Shown: positions 8,978-17,815 of the stretch, piece by piece
Layout: each line of letters starts with the position of its first letter
Numbering within the stretch: position 1 is the first letter of the stretch
Source: Octopus sinensis
Lineage: Eukaryota
Direction of reading: 5' to 3'
Length of the DNA stretch: 20,803 nucleotides
NCBI RefSeq assembly: GCF_006345805.1
Contig: NW_021823903.1
Span: 1 to 20,803, forward strand
Translations under genes and position numbers: made by a program
Notes under the pieces: model-generated
Databases searched by the model: none
The model's input: the letters and a program-made list of their open reading frames with translations, nothing else
Told to the model about the DNA's origin: nothing

Positions 8978-9187
8978 GTGACCGCGTGTGTACCGTTGGC
9001 GATTTTTTTTCCTCTGTCTTCCCTTCTCTGAATCTTTCCTTTTCCCATGTTTCTGACGAAGAGCTCTGCTCGAAACGTAAAACTCTCCTTCTTCCCTTCC
9101 TTCCTGAGCGTCCAATAATACTATATTTGTTCCACGACCTCGCGTTGTTGTGTTTTCTCTTTGTGTTTTCATGTTTGGATTAACTTT
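8978..9187 (+). mobile_element. Probable Penelope-like element terminal-repeat remnant
   Basis: Short non-coding unit between (TA)-rich tracts containing a minimal hammerhead motif of the kind found in Penelope-like termini. No RT or GIY-YIG coding sequence is visible. Confidence 0.5.
9049..9083 (+). ncRNA. Minimal type I hammerhead ribozyme motif
   Basis: GTTT | CTGACGA | A | GAGC-TCT-GCTC | GAAA | CG | TA | AAAC. Helix I is GTTT/AAAC, helix II is 4 bp, helix III is the palindromic ACGT. Predicted cleavage after 9079. Confidence 0.65.
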
Positions 9188-9340
9188 ATATATATATGTC
9201 ATATATATATATATATATATACACTCACACACGTACAAATCTATAGACACACACACGTATAAGTCTGTGTATATATACATACAACATACGTACACATTCC
9301 TTCATCTATCCATCCATGCACAAATACATATGTACATATC

Positions 9341-9443
9341 CATAAACATACATAAACATACATACATACATACATACATACATACATACATACATACATA
9401 CATACATACATACATACATACATACATACATACATACATACAT
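9341..9443. repeat. (CATA)n microsatellite
   Basis: Direct reading. Confidence 0.95.
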
Positions 9444-9764
9444 AAAGCTGAAGATCCGTCAAAAAGAGAACACTTGTGCTGAACTATTTGAGAAATCTGC
9501 AGTTACAAGTTCGGGTTTATACCTGTAATTATTGGGGACCCTGGGATATGTAACATATTGCCTAAATACCAATCTTGAGAAATTAGGCTTCTCAAAACCA
9601 GAAAGGAGAAAGCTGATTCGAAGACTACAGATCCAATCTATCACTGGAACTGTAAAAATCTGTAGAACTTTCCAGAAGTTTTTCATTTAAATATATATGA
9701 ACATGTTTAGATATGCAACTATATGCATGAGAATACATACATAAAACAAAACTTACAAATCTGC
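9444..9764 (+). mobile_element. 5'-truncated non-LTR retrotransposon, C-terminus of a restriction-like endonuclease ORF (R4/Dong-like) plus 3' UTR
   Basis: Frameshifted translation KLKIRQKENTCAEL/LRNLQ/YKFGFIPVIIG/LGYVTYCLNTNLEKLGFSKPERRKLIRRLQIQSITGTVKICRTFQKFFI* (stop 9688-9690). The K..K...L, P-hydrophobic-IG-x-LG and terminal helix pattern is typical of R4-type RLE ends. Confidence 0.7.
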
Positions 9765-9767
9765 ACA

Positions 9768-9902
9768 CATACATACATACGCACATACATACCTACATAC
9801 ATACATACATACATACATACATACATGCATACATACATACATACATACATACATACATACATACATACATACATACATACATACATACATACATACATAC
9901 AT
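9768..9902. repeat. (CATA)n microsatellite shared by two converging retroelement 3' ends
   Basis: Direct reading. Confidence 0.95.
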
Positions 9903-10243
9903 GGTGATTGTCTACTCCTTATGCAGAGTTTGACCACCTCCCGTGCCTACACCTTGGAACCATCATGGCATCTGATGTAGCTTTCTATACCAGACAATGT
10001 TTTGAAAAGACACCCACATAGATTGCATATCCGTTTTGGACCACCAAGAGTTGCAGATAAATTCTGATCTTTGTGGATCTTAAAATGTCTTTCGAGGCGT
10101 CCGTTAGATTTGCAGACCTTCTGGCTTACATTGCATTGAAAGGTGTGCACAGACACATAAGCAGAATAGTTGGTGGAGGTTCATTTTCCATGGGTTCGCA
10201 AATGAGATTTGAGCTCAGCAAAAGAAAAGCATGGCTTGTCACA
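9901..10243 (-). mobile_element. Decayed ORF end with three C2H2-type fingers plus short 3' UTR; probably a LINE 3' end (RTE-like)
   Basis: One frame, 10243 to 9947: CDKPCFSFAELKSHLRTHGK*TSTNYSAYVSVHTFQCNVSQKVCKSNGRLERHFKIHKDQNLSATLGGPKRICNLCGCLFKTLSGIESYIRCHDGSKV*, then ~45 nt UTR and a (GTAT)n tail. No TGEKP linkers. Confidence 0.6.
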
Positions 10244-10374
10244 TACATACATACATACATACATACAAAAATGTCCTGTTCATGTTTAAATTCCAATGAA
10301 GGCGCTTTGAATCCAGGTTAGAAACCGGTTCTTTCTCACTTGGCAAGAAATAAAACTGAATGACATCCAGCCAT

Positions 10375-10680
10375 ACAAACATACATACATACATACATAC
10401 ATACATACATACATACATACATACACACACACATTCATCTATCCGTCCACCCATACATACAGACAAACAGACACATATACGTACACAAATCTATCCATCC
10501 ATCCACCCATACATAAAGATAGACAGACAGATATACACATATACATACATCTATCCATCAATCCACCCATACACACACACACACACACACACCACACACA
10601 CACTCACACTCTCTCTCTATCTCTCTTTCTCTCTCACACACACACAAACACACACACACACACACACACTCACTCACGCA
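10375..10680. repeat. Compound (CATA)n/(CA)n/(CT)n microsatellite
   Basis: Direct reading. Confidence 0.9.
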
Positions 10681-11147
10681 TTGTATAGTGTTACACTCTC
10701 TTACATTCCCTTCTCTGCGGTCAAACAACTAACTCCGATACAGTTGTCGTGTTCTGGCCATTTCACGTAAAAATTCCTTCCTCTGAAACATGACAATAAA
10801 TCTTATCACTACTTCACAATCCAGACAGATCGTTGACAGGGGCAGCCCCTAGGGACTTCATCTTTGACCAGCAAGTCGGGGATATATGTATAAGAGGGAG
10901 CATAACTTTTTTCTGTCCTACTTTATTCTTTCTATCTTGAATTTAGGTCGTTAGATTCCTAATGGGAACTCATGTGTTGAAGCATAAATTATTGTTGTAT
11001 CTCGGGACGGTCATGTTGCTAATAATAAACACATGCACTGGTTCTATTTCAGTTTATTAATATTATTTTTTTGTCAATTGGTTAATTATTTAACCAATTA
11101 ACTAATCGATTTTTTCATAAATCTTTCGATCAGTCAATCGGCTAGTT

Positions 11148-11370
11148 GGATCTTTTCTTTTTCATGGACGGAATTTTCTAGTTAACTAAACAATTTGAAA
11201 CTTCGTATACTGGTAGAATGTGCCAAAAGAAAACATTATTGCAAACAAAATTGTAATTTGTCAGTTTAACGTAGTTTAATTCTTCGAATTTTAACCAATG
11301 AAATGCCAGCATTTGAGCTCAAATCATTTGCTGCGTCTAAAAACTCAGACAATATCCTGTTGCAACGTAA

Positions 11371-11413
<43 letters not shown>

Positions 11414-12406
11414 ACACGTGTTATTCATCCTTCTCTCTTCTGTCTGTCCCTCTCATCGATAGGCGGAAGGAGGAGGCATGTGCTAGAAATAACAGCTATA
11501 TCTCTTAAATCGATGAATTTCGTCGCCCAATAAAAATATTAACGATATTTTTTGAATATTTTCTTTTTTTTTACCGAAAAGGCTTCTCCCATGGTTTTAA
11601 AGGGCCAGAAACAACAAAAACAAAACAATAATATGCCTAAATCGGTCTAGAGGGTGCGCGTGGAGTGTGGGTCGTATTGTAAAAATTTGCGAAATACTTG
11701 TTCATAAAAGGATGCCCCAGCTTGTCGGAGGCTGTGATATAAATTGGGAAAAAAATCCTCGACACCAGTATGTAATTGGTACTTAATTTATCGACCCCGA
11801 AACGATGAAACATTGCCCCCCCCCCTTCTGGTTTATTTACCTTTTGTGTAAATTTGTTGCGGCAAGGGCAAAACACAGAGGGGACAAAGCACGAGATACA
11901 AAAGTATTAAGTCGATTCTATCGACACCAGTGCGAACTCACGAACGTGTATGTATGCTTGTGTGCGTATGTGTGTGTATGTATATCTCCGTTTGTATGTG
12001 TGTGTACGCTTATATATTAATTACTATGTGCTTGTGCAAATGTACATGCATGTGTTTGAAAGAGAGAGAGAGTGACAGAGAGAGAGGAGAGAGAGAGAGA
12101 GAGTGTGTGTGTGTGTGTGTGTGTGCAAGTGTACGTGTGTATGTATCTGAATATATGCGTGTGTGTGTGTGTGTGTGTGTATGCGGCGTGCGTCTCGTTT
12201 GTTTATCAATATCGATAACGCAGCAAATGATTTGAGCTCAAATGCTGGCATTTCATTGGTTAAAATTCGAAGAATTAAACTACGTTAAACTTACAAATTA
12301 CAATTTTGTTTACAATAATGTTTTCTTTTGACACATTCTACCAGTATACGAAGTTTCAAATTGTTTAGTTAACTAGAAAATTCCGTCCATCAAAAGGAAA
12401 AGATCC
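11148..12406. mobile_element. Non-autonomous DNA transposon with ~189-bp TIRs and 8-bp TSD (same GGATC-terminus family)
   Basis: TIRs 11148-11336 and 12218-12406, few mismatches. Perfect TSD GGCTAGTT (11140-11147 and 12407-12414). The mirrored MPAFELKSFAA ORFs in the track confirm the inversion. Confidence 0.92.
11762..11935 (-). mobile_element. Degraded SINE-B fragments nested in the TIR element
   Basis: GGTACTTAATTTATCGACCCCGAAA and AAACACAGAGGGGACAAA...TTAAGTCGATT match family B. Confidence 0.6.
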
Positions 12407-12455
12407 GGCTAGTTTTGTCAAAAGTCCTTTCGTTGACATTTGCGACCACATCAGT

Positions 12456-12855
12456 ATCCTTTTCTACTTTAGGCACAAGACCCGAAATTTGGCGGGAGGG
12501 GGCCCAGTCGATTAGATCGAACCAGTGCGTAACTGGTACTTTTTTAATCGACCCCGAAAGGATGAAAGGCAAAGTCAATGTAAGCGGAATTTGAACTCAA
12601 AACGTAGCAGTAGACGAAATACCTATTTCTTTACTACCCACAAGGGACTAAACACAGAGAGGACAAACAAAGACAGACAAACGGATTAAGTCGATTATAT
12701 CGACCCCAGTGCGTAACTGGTACTTAATTTATCGACCCCGAAAGGATGAAAGGCAAAGTCGATCTCGGCGGAATTTGAACTCAGAACGTAACGGCAGACG
12801 AAATACCGCTTAGCATTTCGCCCCGCGTGCTAAAGTTTCTGCCAGCTCGCCGCCT
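12456..12855 (-). mobile_element. SINE-B heterodimer: full-head unit with tail 1 followed by head-truncated unit with tail 2
   Basis: Plus-strand junction GACGAAATAC|CTATTTCTTTAC at 12622/12623 is the reverse complement of the array junction. The downstream unit ends in the GCCCCCTCCCGCCAAATTTCGGGTCTTGTGCC-type tail. Confidence 0.88.
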
Positions 12856-13024
12856 TGTGACCCCATCAATATCATACTCTCTCTACCCACGACCTGAAAT
12901 AAAATCAGAGCGTAAGTTTATTATAGGCACAATGACCTCTCCCCTCGCGATACTTTCATCGCCAGTAGATTGGTTAGCCCGCCGGATAAAACCCTTAGTA
13001 CTTTTATCCGTCTTTAAAATCTGT

Positions 13025-13163
13025 GTTCAGATTCCGCCGAGGTCGACCTTGCCTTTTACCATTTCAGGGTCGATGAAATAAAAACCACTTACAGCAATGG
13101 GGTTAATGTAATCGACTGACCCCTCCATCCAACATTTCAGGCTTTGTGCCTATAGTAGAATGA
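13025..13163 (+). mobile_element. 5'-truncated SINE-B (tail type 2), followed by (TTG)n
   Basis: TTCCGCCGAGGTCGACCTTGCCTTT...GTAATCGACT...TTTCAGGCTTTGTGCCTATAGTAGAA. Confidence 0.75.
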
Positions 13164-13206
13164 GTTGTTGTTGTTGTTGTTGTTGTTGTTGTTGCTGTTA
13201 AAGCTG

Positions 13207-13428
13207 CGAGCTGACAGGAACGTTAACGCGTCGGACAAAATACTTAGAAGTATTTCCTCCGTTTTTATGTTTTTTTTTGTTCTTAGCTCGAATTCCATTG
13301 AGGCCGACATTGCTTCTCATCGTTTTGGGGCAGATAAACTAAGCACAAATCTAGTACTGAGATCATTATAATCGATTCTCTCCTCCCACAAAACATCAGG
13401 CTTTGTACCTATAATAAAAAGGATTATT
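13207..13428 (+). mobile_element. Old diverged SINE-B (tail type 2)
   Basis: CGAGCTGACAGGAACGTTAACGCG head remnant and CAGGCTTTGTACCTATA tail. Confidence 0.6.
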
Positions 13429-13693
13429 AGTTATATTCTCTCAAGCATTCTAATTAAAGTTAATTTATTAATTAACCGCTGATCATGATGTTTTAGAAAA
13501 TTCTTATTATTTTTACTTGTTTCAGCCAAGGTATATGGCCATGCTGGGACACCATCATTCATTTAGTGCTAGTTTATTTTATTTCACTTTCACGGAACAT
13601 CTCTCAGGGTTTGGTTTTAGCGAATCCTCGATGTTGGACTAATCTGTCTTGATCTATGTTTCTTGCTTCATCTGGTCCCCAAATAAAATCCTG

Positions 13694-13835
13694 TGTACTT
13701 ATTTTACTTCCCCTGGGGAATGAAAGATCAAGTCGACCTCGGCAGTATTCGAACTCAGAATATTAAAAAGCCGGAGGAAATGCCGCTAAGCATATTGTCC
13801 GACGCACTAACGACCAACACTTGCAGCTCGCTGCC
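13694..13835 (-). mobile_element. Old diverged SINE-B, 5' half
   Basis: AAGTCGACCTCGGCAGTATTCGAACTCAGAA...GCCGCTAAGCAT...GCAGCTCGCTGCC. Confidence 0.65.
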
Positions 13836-13894
13836 AGTACCTCTCTGCAATGAATCAAAATTAGAATTCATTGTAATTTTTAAAATAAAATATA

Positions 13895-14144
13895 AATGCG
13901 CCCTTTTAAAACCTAGCCAGGCTCATGGGCCCGGTTTCCCGGTTTCTATGGCGTATGTGTTCCCCAGCTGAACGGGACGCCAGTCCATCGCAGCCTTACT
14001 CATTTTTGCCAACTGAGTGGACTGGAGCAACGTGAAATGAAGTATTTTGTTCAAGAACACAACGCGTCGCCCGGTCCAGGAATTGAAACCACAATCTTAC
14101 GATCATGATGCTGACACCTTAACCACTAAGCCACGCGCCTCCAC
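13895..14144 (-). mobile_element. tRNA-derived SINE family E (same head and central block as D, different tail)
   Basis: The minus strand begins GGAGGCGCGTGGCTTAGTGG and matches D up to AAATGAGT, then diverges. Confidence 0.82.
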
Positions 14145-14234
14145 CAATGTAATTTTACCAAAATCAATTCCATTCCATTAATGTAGTTCTTGTAACAACT
14201 CAGATTATTAATATTCGTGTTAGCATACCACAGG

Positions 14235-14565
14235 GAACTGGCGGAAGGCAAGCGCACACAAGGTGGACAGAAAAAAGCGCTTCAAGGACACACTGAAAGC
14301 TTCCCTGAAGAGCATTGACATCAACCCCGACACCTGCAAAACGCAAGCACAAAACCAACCTGCCTGGCGATCTGCCACCTCCTACGAACTGAACAAGATT
14401 GCAAGGGCATAAAGAAAACGTGAACCAAACAAGCCCAGAGCCCCAAATCCTTGCCTTTAGTCCCAACAAGCCACCAGTGCCATTCGAACACGCATAGCAC
14501 TGATCCGTTACAGCTGGATACCCCGTGCCACGTCTTATCCAATGATCATCGTCGACAACGACGGA
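14235..14565 (+). mobile_element. Decayed RTE-clade LINE 3' end
   Basis: ELAEGKRTQGGQKK/(+1)RFKDTLKASLKSIDINPDTCKTQAQNQPAWRSATSYELNKIARA*RKRE... The GKRxxGGQKKRFKDTLK motif follows the RT domain in RTE elements. Frameshift and stops show it is dead. Confidence 0.8.
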
Positions 14566-14994
14566 TGGTCTAACCGCAGAGAAGCAATTATAGGGGTAGA
14601 ATATTTCAAAATAAAAAAAATTAAGGGTTGAGTGGGATTTTGTAGGGTGTTAGGGTTACCGCGGAGTGGGCAAAATCCACGTATTTATTATTTATTATTT
14701 ATTATTTGTTTGTTTTTCTCTTTCAACCAGAACAGGAATAACTTGACCTTCTCAGCATGGGTCTTCGATATCGTGCCGTCGTCTTCAAAATATTCGCCAT
14801 TGATGGAACGGTAGAGAAGAGAAAAATTGGCAAAGATAAGGGAAGAGAAGAGAAAATAAAACAAAATTTAAGAAAAAAGTAATCAGAAAAAAAGTAAAAC
14901 AAAAAATGGTAGCAGTGAAGCGTTGCAGCCTTGACGTTCCACAACCATAGACCATAAAGGATGTGCTAAATAGAGGTCATGGCAACAGTGTTTC

Positions 14995-15019
14995 ACACAC
15001 ATGCACACACACACATACA

Positions 15020-15054
<35 letters not shown>

Positions 15055-15420
15055 CACACACACACACACAACACACACACACACACACACACGTATAAAC
15101 ACTCATACAGATATATGTGTGTTACATATATATATACATACATACATTTATATATAATACATACACACAGACACGCATACATATATATATACATACAAAC
15201 AGACACGCATATACATGTATTCTTTTGATTGATGTAAATTCTTTTAGCTTACACACACTCACACACACACACACACACACGTGCAAATACAAACACGCGC
15301 GCACACACAGGCGCACACGCTCACATTCACACATACATACGTATACATGTGTGCGCACGCGTACTGAGCAGTCATTTAGCTTCCACACACAAACATACCT
15401 ACGCGTATACACAACGCGCA
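14995..15420. repeat. Compound (CA)n/(TA)n microsatellite field
   Basis: Direct reading. Confidence 0.9.
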
Positions 15421-15422
15421 AA

Positions 15423-15528
15423 GGCGGAGCTCAGCGGTAAGAAGACACTGCGGTGTCTTCCACTATAGCCTCGGTGGCCGACGGTAGCCTTGTGAGTGAA
15501 ATTGGTAGACGGAAACTGAAAGAAACCT

Positions 15529-15580
<52 letters not shown>

Positions 15581-15710
15581 TGTGTCTGTGTCTGTGTCTG
15601 TGTTTGTCCTCCCATCATCGCTCGACAACCGATGTTGGTGTTTTACATCCCCGAAACTTAGCGGTTCGGCAAAAGACACCGATAGAATAAGTACTAGGCT
15701 TACAAAGAAT
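15423..15710 (+). mobile_element. SINE family A with internal (TG)n, 3' end cut by a GGATC-family terminus
   Basis: Matches 5146-5680 up to TACAAAGAAT. The head is partly deleted. Confidence 0.8.
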
Positions 15711-15778
15711 GGATCTATTCAATTTGACGGCCAGATTCTTTTAATTAATTTTTGTTTTAACTAAACACTTTGAAACTG
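15711..15778 (+). mobile_element. Orphan left terminus of the GGATC-TIR transposon family
   Basis: GGATCTATTCAATTTGACGGCCAG...TTAACTAAACACTTTGAAACT resembles the left ends at 5925, 11148 and 16472. Confidence 0.55.
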
Positions 15779-15844
15779 TCGCAAAGGCATGCCTATTAAA
15801 AATATTAAATATTCCCATTATAGCAATTAATAAATAATTTGAAT

Positions 15845-16030
15845 GCAGCCACGCTGGAGCACCTTTAGTCGAGCAAATCAACCCCAGGACTTATTCTTTG
15901 TAAGCCTAGTACTTATTCTATCGGTCTCTTTTGCCGAACTGATAGGTTTCGGAGACATAAACACGCCAACATCGATTGTCAAACGATGGTGGAGGAACAA
16001 AAACAGACACAAAGACACGCACATACATAC
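15845..16030 (-). mobile_element. SINE family A, 3' half
   Basis: Reverse complement of the 5480-5650 body. Ends in the internal CA tract. Confidence 0.85.
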
Positions 16031-16400
16031 TCTTTGCTCTTTTCCTTGTTTCACTCATTTGACTGCGGCCATACTGGTGCACCGCCTTTGGTCGAGCAAA
16101 TTGACTCCAGGACTTATTCTTTATAAGCCTAGTACTTATTCTATCGGTCTGTTTTGCCGAACCGCTAAGTTACGGGAACGTAAACACACCAGCATCGGTT
16201 GTCAAGCGATGCTGGGGGACAAACACAGACACACAAACATATACACACATACATATATATATATATATATACATATATACGACGGGCTTCTTTCAGTTTC
16301 CGTCTACCGAATCTCACAAGGTTTTGGCCGGACCGAGGCTATAGTAGGAGACACTTGCCCAAGGAGCCACGCAGTGGGAATGAACCCGGAACCATGTGGT
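16031..16400 (-). mobile_element. SINE family A, lacking only the A-box end of the head
   Basis: Well-preserved reverse complement of 5190-5680 with an internal CA/TA tract. Confidence 0.88.
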
Positions 16401-16471
16401 ATTTCTCACAATAAATTTCCTGTTGTGGAGTTTAGTTTTTTTTATCTTTGATTGAGACAAAAAAAAAGTGC

Positions 16472-17343
16472 GGATCTTTTCAATTCTGAAGCCAGATCTT
16501 TCTACTTAACTAAATATTCTGAAACTTCGTATGCTGATAGAGTCTAGCAAAACAAGACACAGGTTGGAACTAGTTTATTTGAGAAAAATCTATTTTATGA
16601 CTTTAATCGTAGATTAAAACTGCGAATTTTAACCAATCAGATTGTTTGTTTTCATGTGTAAAACTTGACTGCATTCTATTAGTGTGACGTAGAAAGCGCT
16701 TTTGTGACGTTCGGAAAACTGTAAACAAACACAGAACGTAACGGCAGACGAAATACGGCTACGCATTTCGCCCGGCGTGCTAACGTTTCTGCCAGCTCTT
16801 TGCTTTTTTAATATTAAATTTCTTGCCTTTTGCACAAATAAATACAATAAGTGAAATGAAACGCATTAGCTTAGAAATGAAATCTTGTTAGAAGCCTCGT
16901 CACTGAGATGCCACTTCTTAATAGCAAACGAAAGCAAGTACTAACAGAATGGAAACATTTTCAATTTAATATATGTGGCTTATTAACTAGTTTTAAATAT
17001 TGTTATTAGAAGGTGGCTGACTATAGGATCCTGGAAACATGAGTACGTTAAATAATTAGAAGGAGATTTCACGGAGACATGCGGCTTGTTTACATTTAAG
17101 ATGTTTAATACGTCACCAAATTGGTGGTCGAGACGGAGTAAATAAAATAAAGCCGAATGACGGAATATCATTGGTTAAAATTCTAATTATTAAACAACGT
17201 TAAACTTAGAAGTTACAATTCCGTTTTCATTCTGGTTTACAATGAAGTTTACTTTTGACACATTCTACCAGTATACGAAGTTTCAAATTGTTTGGTTCAG
17301 TAAGAAAAATTTGAAAAAACTGGCTTCAGAATTGAAAAGATCC
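16472..17343. mobile_element. Non-autonomous GGATC-TIR DNA transposon, third copy
   Basis: TIR GGATCTTTTTCAATTCTGAAGCCAG / CTGGCTTCAGAATTGAAAAGATCC. Degenerate TSD AAAAGTGC / AAAAGTAT (6/8). The right ~300 bp is nearly identical to 6841-7119. Confidence 0.82.
16732..16798 (-). mobile_element. SINE-B head-only fragment inside the TIR element
   Basis: Near-exact reverse complement of 1727-1793. Confidence 0.85.
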
Positions 17344-17521
17344 AAAAGTATGAGTCTACATACAATACTACCAAAATCTTAAAATACAGCAGCAGCTGTA
17401 GCCCTGTCCACTTGTGTGAACTGAAACTATTAAATAGCCAAGAACCTTTCTGACGAAACACGTGAAAATAAAAATCACTGCTAGGCCGAATAGTGAATAT
17501 TCGAACTGGAGTATTGTAGTG

Positions 17522-17778
17522 CAGGAGTGGATCCAGAAATTTATGATAGGGGTGGAGTAGGTGGGTCTGAGGTCTGAATCATTGCAATTGATCAATGAAA
17601 TGACAGTGTAATATGTACAGAGATACTGAAAACATACATTTTTATATTGAACCCTTCAAGGGTTGTTTGTTGCTAACGTAAAAATATTCTTTGCATCTTT
17701 AAACAAAACAAACTTGAAAAGTTTCTTGGTTGGTAGGGGTGGGGTGCATCCCCCTTTTCCTCTCTGAATCTATCCCTG
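17522..17778. mobile_element. Degenerate hAT-like MITE
   Basis: Imperfect TIRs CAGGAGTGGATCCAGA / TCTGAATCTATCCCTG (12/16). 8-bp TSD TTGTAGTG / TCGTAGTG (7/8). CAG termini. Confidence 0.6.
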
Positions 17779-17815
17779 TCGTAGTGGAGTTACAAGTTTT
17801 ACAGTGGGTACATAA

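Noticed and set aside
15711-17351. Alternative pairing of the orphan terminus at 15711 with the right end at 17343 (flanks CAAAGAAT vs AAAAGTAT, 6/8)
   Set aside because: The right TIR matches the 16472 terminus almost perfectly and the 15711 one poorly, and the SINE-A sequence does not clearly resume after 17351. Not fully excluded.
17450-17475. Second hammerhead-like string CTGACGA..GAAA
   Set aside because: The 7-nt spacer cannot form helix II, and no helix I or III pairing is present.
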